A stretch of DNA of 64,000 bases from an uncultured Acidobacteriota bacterium (GTDB taxonomy: Bacteria > Acidobacteriota > UBA6911 > CAINFC01): contig CAINFC010000005.1 in assembly GCA_903847975.1 (NCBI GenBank), positions 6,322 to 70,321 of the forward strand. Direction: 5' to 3'. How positions within the stretch are numbered: position 1 is the stretch's first letter; each line of letters begins with the position of its first letter. Made by a program: the position numbers and the translations under genes. A model generated the notes under the pieces. The model did not search any database, was not told the DNA's origin, and saw only the letters and a list, made by a program, of their open reading frames with translations. This document shows, in pieces, positions 21,957 through 30,689 of this stretch.

Positions 21957-23903
21957 ATGAAACGACCGATCTTCCATGCCGTCCGTCTTTGGGCCGCTCT
22001 GCTGTCGGGGGTACTCCTGCCGGCTCAGCCCTCCCGTTTGCCCAACGCCGGCCCTGCTGCCGGCGAAGCGGTCGTTTCCGACAGGGCCGCGGCGGCCGCC
22101 TGGGATCAGTGGATGGAGGAGCTTGCGGCCGCCGGACGCAGGAAGCGCAACGAGCGCATCGCCGCCCTGAAGAGCGGGGAAGACGTTCTGGCTTGGGCGG
22201 CCGGGCTGCGCCAATGGTACCGCCGTCGCGTGGGGCCGCTGGTGCCGCTCAACGGCCCGCAGAAGAAGGAGTTTTGCGGCCGGATCGACTGCGACGGCTA
22301 TCGGGTGGAGAAGTGGCTCTTCGAGACCATGCCGGGCACCATGGCCACCGCCAACCTCTACGTGCCGGACCGGCCCAACGCGGCCGGCGTGGGGCTGGTG
22401 GTGGCCATCGGCCACTGGGCCGACGGCAAGTTTCAGCCGGACAACCAGCGCGTCGGCGCCTACATGGCGCATAACGGCATCCCCACGCTGGTGTATGACC
22501 ACCCCGGAGTGGGGGAGCGCCGCGAGTTCCATGACCCGGTGCGCGACGAGCCCCGCGCGGGCAATACGCCCACCAGCGAGCACAACCGCGTCGGCCTGCC
22601 GGCCGCTCTGGCCGGCATTCAGCCATCGCGCTTTTTCATCACCGAGGGGGTGCGGGCGCGGGACTTTCTGGCCGGATTCGACTTCGTACGGCGAAGCAGA
22701 ATCGGCTTTACCGGCGCTTCCGGCGGCGGCAGCATCAGCCGGATGATGGCCTGTTATCTGGACGACCTGGCGTTCAGCGTACCGGTGGTTATCATCCGCG
22801 GCGCATCCGTGAGCGGACTTTCCGACGCCGAGCAGGCGATCTGGGGCTCGGGCGTTCTCGGCATCACCGCCTCCGACCAGCTCAGCTGCATCGTGCCGCG
22901 GCCGGCGATGATCGTCACCGAAGTGCCCGGCGACGGCAGCAGGGAATCCTACGCCACCATGCGAAAGCTTTACGACCTCGCGGGCGCGCCGGCCGAGGCG
23001 ACGGATTATTACGCCGAAGAAGCGCTGCACGGCTATCACTGTACCATGGTGGACAAGGTCTACACGTTCCTGGCCCGCAACTTCGGCCTGCCTGCGGCCA
23101 GCCCACGGACCTGGGAGAAGGTGCGGGGCCTGACTCGCGCGGAGTGCGAAATTTCCCGGGATGGCTTCCTGTATCGGGAGCGGCCGCAGGTCACCCTGAT
23201 CGGGCAGCTGGCCCGGCTTCTGCCCCGGCCGCGCGGGCTCCGCGTACAGGATCTGCCGGCGGTGCTGGCCATCGCCGACTGGCCGCGCTCCCCCCTGCCT
23301 TATGTCCTCAAGGGCAAAGCGGGCAAGGCGGTGCGCGTCACCGGGTCCGATGCCGTCGGCGAGGGTGTGCTATGCCTGGTCGACCTGGAGGACCGGCCGC
23401 GCCCTGCGCCCGGACCGGCCCCGGAGCTGGCGCAGGAATCGTCGCCTCTGCCGGGGGCCAAACCGGACATCCGGGCGGCCCGGAAGGCGGTATCGCCTGC
23501 GGGTCTGGGACACAACGATCTTTGGCAGCAGCCCGACGCCCGGGCGCAGCGCTGGCTGACCTGCTTTGACCGCTCGCTGGCGGGGTTGCGGGTGAGGCAG
23601 ATTCTGGATTTTGCCGCCGATCACCCGCAGGTGGAAGAGCTCACCGCCGAGGGGCCGGCGTGGGCCGTGCCGCTGGCCTTTGCCGCGCCGCTGCTGCCTG
23701 ACTCGATCCGGCGGGTGAGCGTGAAGTACCTGCCCGCCAGCTTCCGGGCTATGGTGACGGCCGAAGTGAATACCACCTCTCCCGGGCTGTACATCCAGGA
23801 CCTGCTGAGCTACGGCGATATGGACGACGTGATCCGGCTGGCCGGCAAACGGCTGAAGGTGCAGTTTCGCATCGACCCCGATGGCCGGGTGATCGCGGAA
23901 TAA
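21957..23903 (+). CDS. Secreted alpha/beta-hydrolase fold esterase (acetylxylan-esterase/CE-like)
   Basis: Signal peptide MKRPIFHAVRLWAALLSGVLLPAQP. AXE1-like N-terminal region. GFTGASGGG is a nucleophile-elbow-like motif. GGAGGGAG RBS upstream. Confidence 0.45.
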   Translation: MKRPIFHAVRLWAALLSGVLLPAQPSRLPNAGPAAGEAVVSDRAAAAAWDQWMEELAAAGRRKRNERIAALKSGEDVLAWAAGLRQWYRRRVGPLVPLNGPQKKEFCGRIDCDGYRVEKWLFETMPGTMATANLYVPDRPNAAGVGLVVAIGHWADGKFQPDNQRVGAYMAHNGIPTLVYDHPGVGERREFHDPVRDEPRAGNTPTSEHNRVGLPAALAGIQPSRFFITEGVRARDFLAGFDFVRRSRIGFTGASGGGSISRMMACYLDDLAFSVPVVIIRGASVSGLSDAEQAIWGSGVLGITASDQLSCIVPRPAMIVTEVPGDGSRESYATMRKLYDLAGAPAEATDYYAEEALHGYHCTMVDKVYTFLARNFGLPAASPRTWEKVRGLTRAECEISRDGFLYRERPQVTLIGQLARLLPRPRGLRVQDLPAVLAIADWPRSPLPYVLKGKAGKAVRVTGSDAVGEGVLCLVDLEDRPRPAPGPAPELAQESSPLPGAKPDIRAARKAVSPAGLGHNDLWQQPDARAQRWLTCFDRSLAGLRVRQILDFAADHPQVEELTAEGPAWAVPLAFAAPLLPDSIRRVSVKYLPASFRAMVTAEVNTTSPGLYIQDLLSYGDMDDVIRLAGKRLKVQFRIDPDGRVIAE

Positions 23904-23988
23904 CGGCGAGGGAAACCGGCGGCCCCGCGGGGGATGCATCCGCCATGGCGGGCCGCGCCAATAGGCAAACATCTATCGACGGGAAATC

Positions 23989-26094
23989 ATGAGAACGATC
24001 GGAAAAGCGTTTCTATTTTTCGCTGGTGTGACTGCGGCTGTTTGGATGACGGGCTGTCATCCGAAACCGGCTGCTGAAAAAACAACGGCGGATCCGGCGG
24101 CAGGCCCGGCGGCTAAAAAGCCGGATTGGCTGAAGGGCCCCATGGTTGCGGGAGGGTCGAATCATGAGCCCTGGATTTTTTATCAGAGAAGGGATGGGGC
24201 TTCTCCGGAGAAGCAGAAGAAATACCTGTACACGCACAGTCAGGAATTTGTCGATCTGTTGAAAGAGCGCCGGGCCACCTTCTACATGACCCATGCCTTT
24301 AAAGGCTTCGGGCTGGAAATTGAAAAACCGGAAATCGAGCTGGCCAGGGAATTTGTTATGCGCCTGCACGCCAAAGGAATCAAGGCCGGAACGTATATCG
24401 GCAGCACCCTGGCCTATGAAACTTTTCTGCTGGAGAATCCCGAAGCGGAAAAATGGCTGGTCCCGGATTATCTGGGAGAACCGGTCATTTATGGCGGTAC
24501 GCAGTACTGGAGAAGAAGGCCCTATTTTGCTCATCCGGAATACCGGGCCTACATAAAAAAGGCGCTCCGTGTGGCCCTCAAGGACATCCAGGGCGATTTG
24601 ATTCATTTTGACAATCCCGCCAACCAGGCAATTCCGCCCGTTTTTCATCATCCGATGGCCATTCAGGATTTCCGAGAGTACCTGAAAACCAAGTATACTC
24701 CGCAGGCGCTGAAGGAGCGGATCGGATTTTCCGATCCGAGCCGGGTGGTTCCCCCCGCTTACCCCAATCCCGGATCCTTCCAGAGTTTTGATGATCCCGT
24801 TACTCAGGAATGGATCGATTTCCGATGCCAGAAACTGGCCGATTACTACAAGGAAATGGCTGCCTATATCCGCGCCCTGAATCCCGAAGCAGCCGTCGAA
24901 ATTAATCCGCACGGCATAACCGGAGCCAACCGGGCCTGGGAAAGCAGTGTGGATTTCGAGCGGCTCCTGCCGCATGTGGATGTTTTTGTCTGTGAGGATG
25001 GAAATCCGGCATCCCTGACCGCAGAGGGAATACTGGTTTCCAATATCCGCTCCTACAAGCTGGGGAAGGCTTTCCATACGATTGTTTTTAATGGCGTGGG
25101 ATCCTCTCCGGTTGCTGCAGCGGAGACCATGGCTTTTAATCCTCTCTCTTTTCACAGGCCGGAAGCCGGACTCCAGAATTATGTGGACTTCTATCACGAT
25201 CATTTTGAGTACTACGGCCAAGCGGAACCGGTTGCCGATGTGGCCATTCTTCGAAGCTATCCTTCCATGGCTTACAGCAATTACAGCACTCACCAGAGCA
25301 CCGTACTCTTCGAGCAGGTATTGATTCAATGCAAAATACCTTTCGATATTATTTTCGATACCCATCTGAAGGACCTTTCCAAGTACTCCGTCCTCGTTCT
25401 GGCAAACCAGGAATGCCTGGGAGACGAGCAGCTGGAGCGGATCCGCGAGTTCGTTCGCCGCGGCGGCGGGCTGGTGGCCACCGAAAACTCTTCCTTATAC
25501 GACCCATGGAGAAGAGAAAGGGATGGCTTCGGACTGAAGGATCTCCTGGGAGTGGAGAGACCGTCGTCCGTTCTCAGCAGGAGAGTGCAAACGGGAGGAG
25601 CTCTTGAGTCGTTGGAGGAGCTCGAGACACGGCAATCGGGAAAAACGGTATTCCGTCAGTTTGAAAAAGGGAAAGTCGCCTATATTCCCCTGATCGAACC
25701 GTCCAGGAAAAGGCCCCCTGCCGCGCCCATGCTGAATCATTACTGGAAATTGCCGGCCAACTATGCGGAAATCGCCGACGCGGTGAAAGCCGTTTCCCCG
25801 GAGGCTCTCTCCGTGGAGATTCAGGCCCCGTTGCCGGTAACGATGGAACTGACAGCCCAGGAAGGAAGAAGGATGCTGCACCTTATCAATTACGATCAGG
25901 AGAAGGAAAAATTGATTAAGGATATAGCCGTCCGTTTGAAGATTCCGGAGGGGAAACAAATAAAGGAGATTCAATGGCTGTCTCCGGAAATGGAAGGAAG
26001 CGAATCGCTTCCTTTTTCCGTCCGCGATCAGAGGGTCTCATTTAAGGTTCCCCGCCTGGCGGTTTACGATCTGGTCGTGGCCGCTTTTCATTAG
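23989..26094 (+). CDS. Putative lipoprotein glycoside hydrolase with GH42-type beta-galactosidase trimerisation-like (class I glutamine-amidotransferase-fold) domain
   Basis: N-terminus MRTIGKAFLFFAGVTAAVWMTGC is lipobox-like. Mid-protein VLVLANQECLGDEQLERIREFVRRGGGLVATE matches the Glyco_hydro_42M pattern. Confidence 0.4.
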   Translation: MRTIGKAFLFFAGVTAAVWMTGCHPKPAAEKTTADPAAGPAAKKPDWLKGPMVAGGSNHEPWIFYQRRDGASPEKQKKYLYTHSQEFVDLLKERRATFYMTHAFKGFGLEIEKPEIELAREFVMRLHAKGIKAGTYIGSTLAYETFLLENPEAEKWLVPDYLGEPVIYGGTQYWRRRPYFAHPEYRAYIKKALRVALKDIQGDLIHFDNPANQAIPPVFHHPMAIQDFREYLKTKYTPQALKERIGFSDPSRVVPPAYPNPGSFQSFDDPVTQEWIDFRCQKLADYYKEMAAYIRALNPEAAVEINPHGITGANRAWESSVDFERLLPHVDVFVCEDGNPASLTAEGILVSNIRSYKLGKAFHTIVFNGVGSSPVAAAETMAFNPLSFHRPEAGLQNYVDFYHDHFEYYGQAEPVADVAILRSYPSMAYSNYSTHQSTVLFEQVLIQCKIPFDIIFDTHLKDLSKYSVLVLANQECLGDEQLERIREFVRRGGGLVATENSSLYDPWRRERDGFGLKDLLGVERPSSVLSRRVQTGGALESLEELETRQSGKTVFRQFEKGKVAYIPLIEPSRKRPPAAPMLNHYWKLPANYAEIADAVKAVSPEALSVEIQAPLPVTMELTAQEGRRMLHLINYDQEKEKLIKDIAVRLKIPEGKQIKEIQWLSPEMEGSESLPFSVRDQRVSFKVPRLAVYDLVVAAFH

Positions 26095-26120
26095 CGGCGA
26101 TGCGGTCTGGAGGAAAGGTC

Positions 26121-28094
26121 ATGCGTTTCGTTTCGTTGCTTCTGACGTGCAGTACGGTTATGGTCCTTGGCCAGGCGGCACAGGCGGCCGACAGGCCGTT
26201 GGAGGCCGGTTCGGCGCAGTGGGAACGGCAGGCTTCCGAATGGGCCGTTCGTGCCTACCGTGCCGCTCTCGACAGACTTCCCGAGGAATGGGCGGCAGCG
26301 GTCAGGGCCCTGCGGCCACCGCCTGCCTCGCCGCTGCCCGAAGAGCTGCGTCAGGCGGCCGACAAGACAGGCCTGGTCCTCTTCGAAAGGCCGTTTTACC
26401 GGCCGATCGACAAATGGCTGCCCCCCGCTTCCGCCGAGGCCCGGGGGGCCAGGTTCGAGATGGCCGCGGCCCGCGGCGAGTGGGAGTCGCTGCAGATCGG
26501 CATCTGGGCCGCCCGCCCTTTGTCGGGCTTGTCCTTCGCCGTGACAGACCTGGTCCGGGAGGGCGGCCGGGGCCGGATCGTGGCCGCCCGCCATGTGAAG
26601 GCCCTTTACGGCATGAACCTCCTGTTTCGGATGGCCCGCAAGGCCGAAGCCCTCGACGGCGATATCGCTCCAGGGGCGCAGAAGGCCGCCTGGAGCTACG
26701 CGGAAAGGCCGGCCGTGCTGCTGGACCTGCCGTCCATCTACGTTCCCCAGGGAGAGGCCCGCTCCCTGTGGCTGGATGTGTTCATCCCTCAGGATGCCGT
26801 TGCGGGCACCTATCGCGGCCGGATCGCCTTCCGCCTGGCGGGCCGGGAAGTGGCCCGGGTGCCGCTGGCGGTGACGGTGTACCCATTCGTCCTGGACGAT
26901 GCGCCGCAGTGGGCCCGCGGGCCGTTCACCCCGAAGTACCTGGACCGTCCCCAGCTGATCCAGCTCCGCGAGCACGGCATCAACACCATGTCCTGGTGGA
27001 CCGCCGACGGCACGACGATCGAGAGGAAGGACGGACAGGTAGTCGCCGACTTCAAGGCCTATTCGGAATACCTGAAGCAGATGGATTCGCTCGGCTACGT
27101 CGGACCGCACGTCGTGTTCCTGGGCGGATCGGACCCGAAGATCGAGAACCGGATCATGAAGTTTCTGGGCCGCCCGACGGTCGAGGACGCCCGTAACAGG
27201 GCGTCCGCCACGGCATTCGAGAAGTCCGACCTGTCCGAACCATTCGGCCGGTACCTGTGCGACGTGCTCCGGCAGTTCCACGGGCAGATGAAGGCGGCCG
27301 GCCACCCGGACATGCTGGCGTGCCTTATGGATGAACCCGACCATGAGCCCCGTCCGACGCGCCGGGATTACTACAACAGGGTGTTCGCCCTGGTGGAAAA
27401 GGGCGCCCCCGAGGTGCCCCTGTATGGAACGTTCTACCATGACGGCGACGAGGACCGCCTCAGCCATCATCACAAGGTGTGGTGCAGCAATTGCCCCTCC
27501 CCCGCCAAGGCCAACGCCTGCCGCAAGGCGGGCCAGAGCCTTTTTACCTACGGCGGCGGTTACGGCTACGCCGGGGAGAATGAGACGCAGCGGTTTCGCA
27601 TGGGCATTCTTCCGTGGGTATACGGCGCGAGGGGCACCTATTTCTGGGCGATGTACTGGCACAACGGGGACCCGTTCGACCCGTTTGTAGACAACAAGAA
27701 CTTCGACACGGCGTGCCTCCCGACGCCCGAAGGGCCGCTGGCCACGCCGGTGATCAAAACCATCCGCGAGGCGATCGACGACCGCCGCTACCTGGTAACC
27801 CTCGAGAAGAGGATTGAACGGGCCCTCCAGTCAAAGGACCAGGCGGTCCGGGAGCAAGCGCAGGCCGACATCGCCTGGCTCGATTCGTTCCGTCAGCCGC
27901 TTTTCGAGACGCTGGAGGTGCGCGGTGGGCGGCCCATCGGTACGATCGGCCCGGTTACCGCAGCGGGCCGCGACGGCCGCAAGGCTACGATCGGCCCGGA
28001 CGAGTCGGGCAGCTGGGCCTTCTCCGAGTTTGTGCGCCGGGAAGTCGCCCGGCGGATCGTCTCGCTGCAGTCCAGGCTGGGACCCGAGCCGTAG
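26121..28094 (+). CDS. Hypothetical secreted protein, glycoside-hydrolase-like (DUF4091-like guess)
   Basis: GGAGGAAAGG RBS then ATG at 26121. Signal peptide MRFVSLLLTCSTVMVLGQAAQA. Co-oriented with the upstream CAZymes, 5 nt after the previous stop. Confidence 0.4.
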   Translation: MRFVSLLLTCSTVMVLGQAAQAADRPLEAGSAQWERQASEWAVRAYRAALDRLPEEWAAAVRALRPPPASPLPEELRQAADKTGLVLFERPFYRPIDKWLPPASAEARGARFEMAAARGEWESLQIGIWAARPLSGLSFAVTDLVREGGRGRIVAARHVKALYGMNLLFRMARKAEALDGDIAPGAQKAAWSYAERPAVLLDLPSIYVPQGEARSLWLDVFIPQDAVAGTYRGRIAFRLAGREVARVPLAVTVYPFVLDDAPQWARGPFTPKYLDRPQLIQLREHGINTMSWWTADGTTIERKDGQVVADFKAYSEYLKQMDSLGYVGPHVVFLGGSDPKIENRIMKFLGRPTVEDARNRASATAFEKSDLSEPFGRYLCDVLRQFHGQMKAAGHPDMLACLMDEPDHEPRPTRRDYYNRVFALVEKGAPEVPLYGTFYHDGDEDRLSHHHKVWCSNCPSPAKANACRKAGQSLFTYGGGYGYAGENETQRFRMGILPWVYGARGTYFWAMYWHNGDPFDPFVDNKNFDTACLPTPEGPLATPVIKTIREAIDDRRYLVTLEKRIERALQSKDQAVREQAQADIAWLDSFRQPLFETLEVRGGRPIGTIGPVTAAGRDGRKATIGPDESGSWAFSEFVRREVARRIVSLQSRLGPEP

Positions 28095-28120
28095 CCGTCT
28101 GCTGCTTCCGACGGCTGCTG

Positions 28121-28240
28121 TCATCCGTAACATCCGCCGTTTCTTCGCTACCGGAAAAGTGGATGTCCTTTTCCGCCTTTTCCTTTTCCGCCTTTGGAAA
28201 AGTGGATGTCCTTTTCCCGCTTCCTTTTCCCGCTTAATGC
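28121..28240. repeat. Intergenic repeat element, copy A, with internal tandem duplication of a 45-nt hairpin unit
   Basis: catccgtaacatccgccgtttc..ccGGAAAAGtggatgtcCTTTTCCgccttttccttttccgcc, then a second copy tttGGAAAAGtggatgtcCTTTTCCcgcttccttttcccgctt. Each unit holds a 7-bp hairpin GGAAAAG/CTTTTCC. Lies between convergent genes. Confidence 0.55.
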
Positions 28241-29382
28241 AAACCCATGGCGCGGAGCGCATCCGGTAAGGGAAGGATCCAGATATTATCTTCCTTTTGC
28301 GGGTGTCGACCGCGGTAAATGACTATTTTTTCGATTTTCTTATAGTACTTATCGATGTGCCGCAGGGCCCTGAGATCGCCGTCACTAATACAATCGGCAG
28401 CTTTACATTCAATGGCAAATTTGGTTCCTGCTACCTTGACGATAAAATCCACTTCCATTCCGCCGCGGGTCCTGAAATTGTGCATGGAGAATTCCATGCC
28501 GGACGCCAGGGCTGAGTTGACAATCTGGGAATAGATCAGATGCTCGAACAGAAATCCTTCCCGTTCTCTTCCCACCTCAAAGCTGCCTCGCAAGGCATTA
28601 AGAACGCCCAAATCGAAAAAATAGAGTCTTGGATGTTGGATCAGATCCACGGCTTCTTCGTCCAGATCGGGGTCATTCTTACAGCGGGCAGCGATGAGGG
28701 TATCTTCCAGGATTTCGATATGCCGAACGGCTGACTGGCGCGGAATTCTGGATCGCTTAGCCATTTTGGAGATGTCCAGATAGTGACCCGCATTCATGGC
28801 GGCCACATAGAGAAAGCGGAGAAACCCATCGATTTGCCGGACCAGAGCTTCGGCCATGATCTCTTCCTTGAGGTAATAATTCGAATAGGTCTGCAGCAGA
28901 AGCTTCTTTTCTTCGATTTTAGGAAGAGTCAAAACACCGGGCAGACATCCAAAGCGCATGGCCTGTTCTTCGTTCCAATCCGGTCCGATCTCTTTGATGC
29001 AAAGGGCGGACATGTGAAAGGAAAAAATGCGCCCTGGTAAGAGATTCGCTTTTCCCCGTCGCAGCTTTCGGGCACTCGATCCTGTCAGGTAAAATTTCAA
29101 ACGGGGGTGATGATCTATTAAATGCTGGATGGTGTTGGTCAAACGGGGAATTCGTTGAATCTCATCTACGAATATGGTACCGGCCCGGGTAGACTCAACC
29201 CGACGAACAAGCTCATTGAGCTCCATCTGGAAAAGAAAATACTCGGATTCGTTAGCTAAATCGATTTCCAGATCCGGCTTTAAAGTCCGAATCAAAGTGG
29301 ACTTTCCCACCTGGCGCGGACCCAGAAGCAGGATACTTCGACTCGATTGAGCCAATGTCGATCCAATCAATCTGTTATACAT
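28234..29382 (-). CDS. AAA+ ATPase of the DUF4143 (ATPase_2 plus C-terminal nuclease-fold-like domain) family
   Basis: 382 aa. Walker A LLLGPRQVGKST. Walker B IFVDEIQ. C-terminal region typical of this widespread orphan ATPase family. Flanked by an AT-rich promoter island. Confidence 0.7.
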   Translation of the reverse strand: MYNRLIGSTLAQSSRSILLLGPRQVGKSTLIRTLKPDLEIDLANESEYFLFQMELNELVRRVESTRAGTIFVDEIQRIPRLTNTIQHLIDHHPRLKFYLTGSSARKLRRGKANLLPGRIFSFHMSALCIKEIGPDWNEEQAMRFGCLPGVLTLPKIEEKKLLLQTYSNYYLKEEIMAEALVRQIDGFLRFLYVAAMNAGHYLDISKMAKRSRIPRQSAVRHIEILEDTLIAARCKNDPDLDEEAVDLIQHPRLYFFDLGVLNALRGSFEVGREREGFLFEHLIYSQIVNSALASGMEFSMHNFRTRGGMEVDFIVKVAGTKFAIECKAADCISDGDLRALRHIDKYYKKIEKIVIYRGRHPQKEDNIWILPLPDALRAMGLH

Positions 29383-29389
29383 GCGGTTA

Positions 29390-29418
29390 TATTTACATAT
29401 ATTTTAACCACTTATCAA
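29390..29418 (-). promoter_or_regulatory. Sigma70-like promoter (TTGATA-N17-TAAATA) driving a leaderless or near-leaderless transcript of the AAA ATPase gene
   Basis: Minus strand reads TTGATAagtggttaaaatatatgTAAATAtaaccgcATG. The -10 element ends 7 nt before the start codon. No room for an SD. Lies within a 60-nt AT-rich island in an otherwise 60%+ GC window. Confidence 0.4.
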
Positions 29419-29444
29419 TAAAAATAAATCTTTTTTCCCCTATT

Positions 29445-30689
29445 CTAGGGAATGAAGAAGAACAAATGGCCTCCGCGATCGCTTTCGCCCATGAAAATGG
29501 TGCCGTCCGCGGCCGTGGCCATGGCGTCGAATTGATGGGCCCGCCGGGCATAATACGGAGATCGGTCCACCTCGATGCTGCCCATGATTTCAAAGGTGGA
29601 GGAGGCAGGATCGTATCGGAAAAAGGTGTTTACCCCGAACCGTTCTCCCCCCAGGCCGAACAGATCTCCGTTTCGGCCAAGAGTCAAACCGCGGATGCGC
29701 GGTTCCACCAATGGTTTTCCCAGGTTTTCCAGATTCTGAGAAGCGGGATGGAAGCGGAAGAGGTAGCCATCCGAGGTTCCGCCGTAGATCACTTCGCCGC
29801 TGACCACCCATGCTTCGATCACCCGAATGCCTGTCCCGGGAATTGCCGCTTCGAGGGTTTGGACCTGCTGCGTCTGCGGACAGTAGCGCAGGATTCTTCC
29901 TTCGTCGCCGGAAGCGTAAACGCAACCGTTCCGGTCGACGGCCAGGTTCCGGGGCAGGCTTCGCAGGGTTCGTATGTCGGGTCCGCCGAACAGGATTTCC
30001 CGGAAAATGGTACCCAGATCCTTGATGGCCTTATTTTTCGCTTCGTAAAGGAAAAAATGTCCATGGGGGTAGGAGATGCCGTACAGGACCTCCCGTTCGG
30101 GGTCCATCGCCAGGCAGTAAATGCCGTCGCCTGGAACGGGGATCCCCAGGTCCTCTACTTTTGCCGGCTTGTCGCCTTGCCACGCCTGCCCTGGAGGAGC
30201 AGGTTCATAGCGGTACAGGTGACCCCCGGCATAGCCCCGATACCGGTTTTCAACTTGCTGCCATAGGTCCTCGGATACCCAGTTCAACCCTCCTCCGGAG
30301 CGCCTGGCAATCGGAAAAGGCTGAATGACGTTCTGGCCCCCGCCCAGGAAGAGGCTGCCGTCCCTTCCTGCCGCCATGCTGTGATGTACGCCCTCGCAGC
30401 CGGGCAGATATCCGAGGGGTTTGACCTGGTCGGTCTTCGGTGAGAAAACAAAGAGGTAAGAGCGGAAGCCGCTGGTGGCCCCGTAGACCTGCCCGTCGGG
30501 AGTGGCGGTCAGAGAAGTGATATAGCTGCCGTCTGCCGGAATCTGACTGAAATGAAGATACCCCAGATCCCTGTATCCCAGCCTTTGCAAGGGTAAGCGC
30601 GGCTGAGCTCCCGGGATGGCCGGGTGGCAGGCCAGAACGACCAGCAACAGGATCATCTTGCGTATTGCGGCTAAAGTGTTGGCCTTCAT
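29445..30689 (-). CDS. Secreted beta-propeller protein of unknown function
   Basis: 414 aa. Signal peptide MKANTLAAIRKMILLLVVLACHPAIPGAQ. Repeated (Y/F)xxGxxG..L(Y/F)R(Y/F) blades. Paralogous to the next gene. Confidence 0.55.
   Translation of the reverse strand: MKANTLAAIRKMILLLVVLACHPAIPGAQPRLPLQRLGYRDLGYLHFSQIPADGSYITSLTATPDGQVYGATSGFRSYLFVFSPKTDQVKPLGYLPGCEGVHHSMAAGRDGSLFLGGGQNVIQPFPIARRSGGGLNWVSEDLWQQVENRYRGYAGGHLYRYEPAPPGQAWQGDKPAKVEDLGIPVPGDGIYCLAMDPEREVLYGISYPHGHFFLYEAKNKAIKDLGTIFREILFGGPDIRTLRSLPRNLAVDRNGCVYASGDEGRILRYCPQTQQVQTLEAAIPGTGIRVIEAWVVSGEVIYGGTSDGYLFRFHPASQNLENLGKPLVEPRIRGLTLGRNGDLFGLGGERFGVNTFFRYDPASSTFEIMGSIEVDRSPYYARRAHQFDAMATAADGTIFMGESDRGGHLFFFIP

Noticed and set aside
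26147-27196. Alternative-frame 349-aa ORF inside the secreted hydrolase-like gene, plus similar nested + strand ORFs (2066-2662, 3230-4252, 16180-16866, 36463-37047)
   Set aside because: They share a strand with, but are out of frame from, well-supported genes. Their translations are Arg/Gly/Pro-rich. These are high-GC frame artefacts.
28150-28240. Possible CRISPR array (direct repeats GGAAAAGTGGATGTCCTTTTCC)
   Set aside because: There are only two repeat units with a 20-nt spacer and no cas genes. It is better explained as a tandem duplication within the intergenic repeat element also present at 33081 and 5631.
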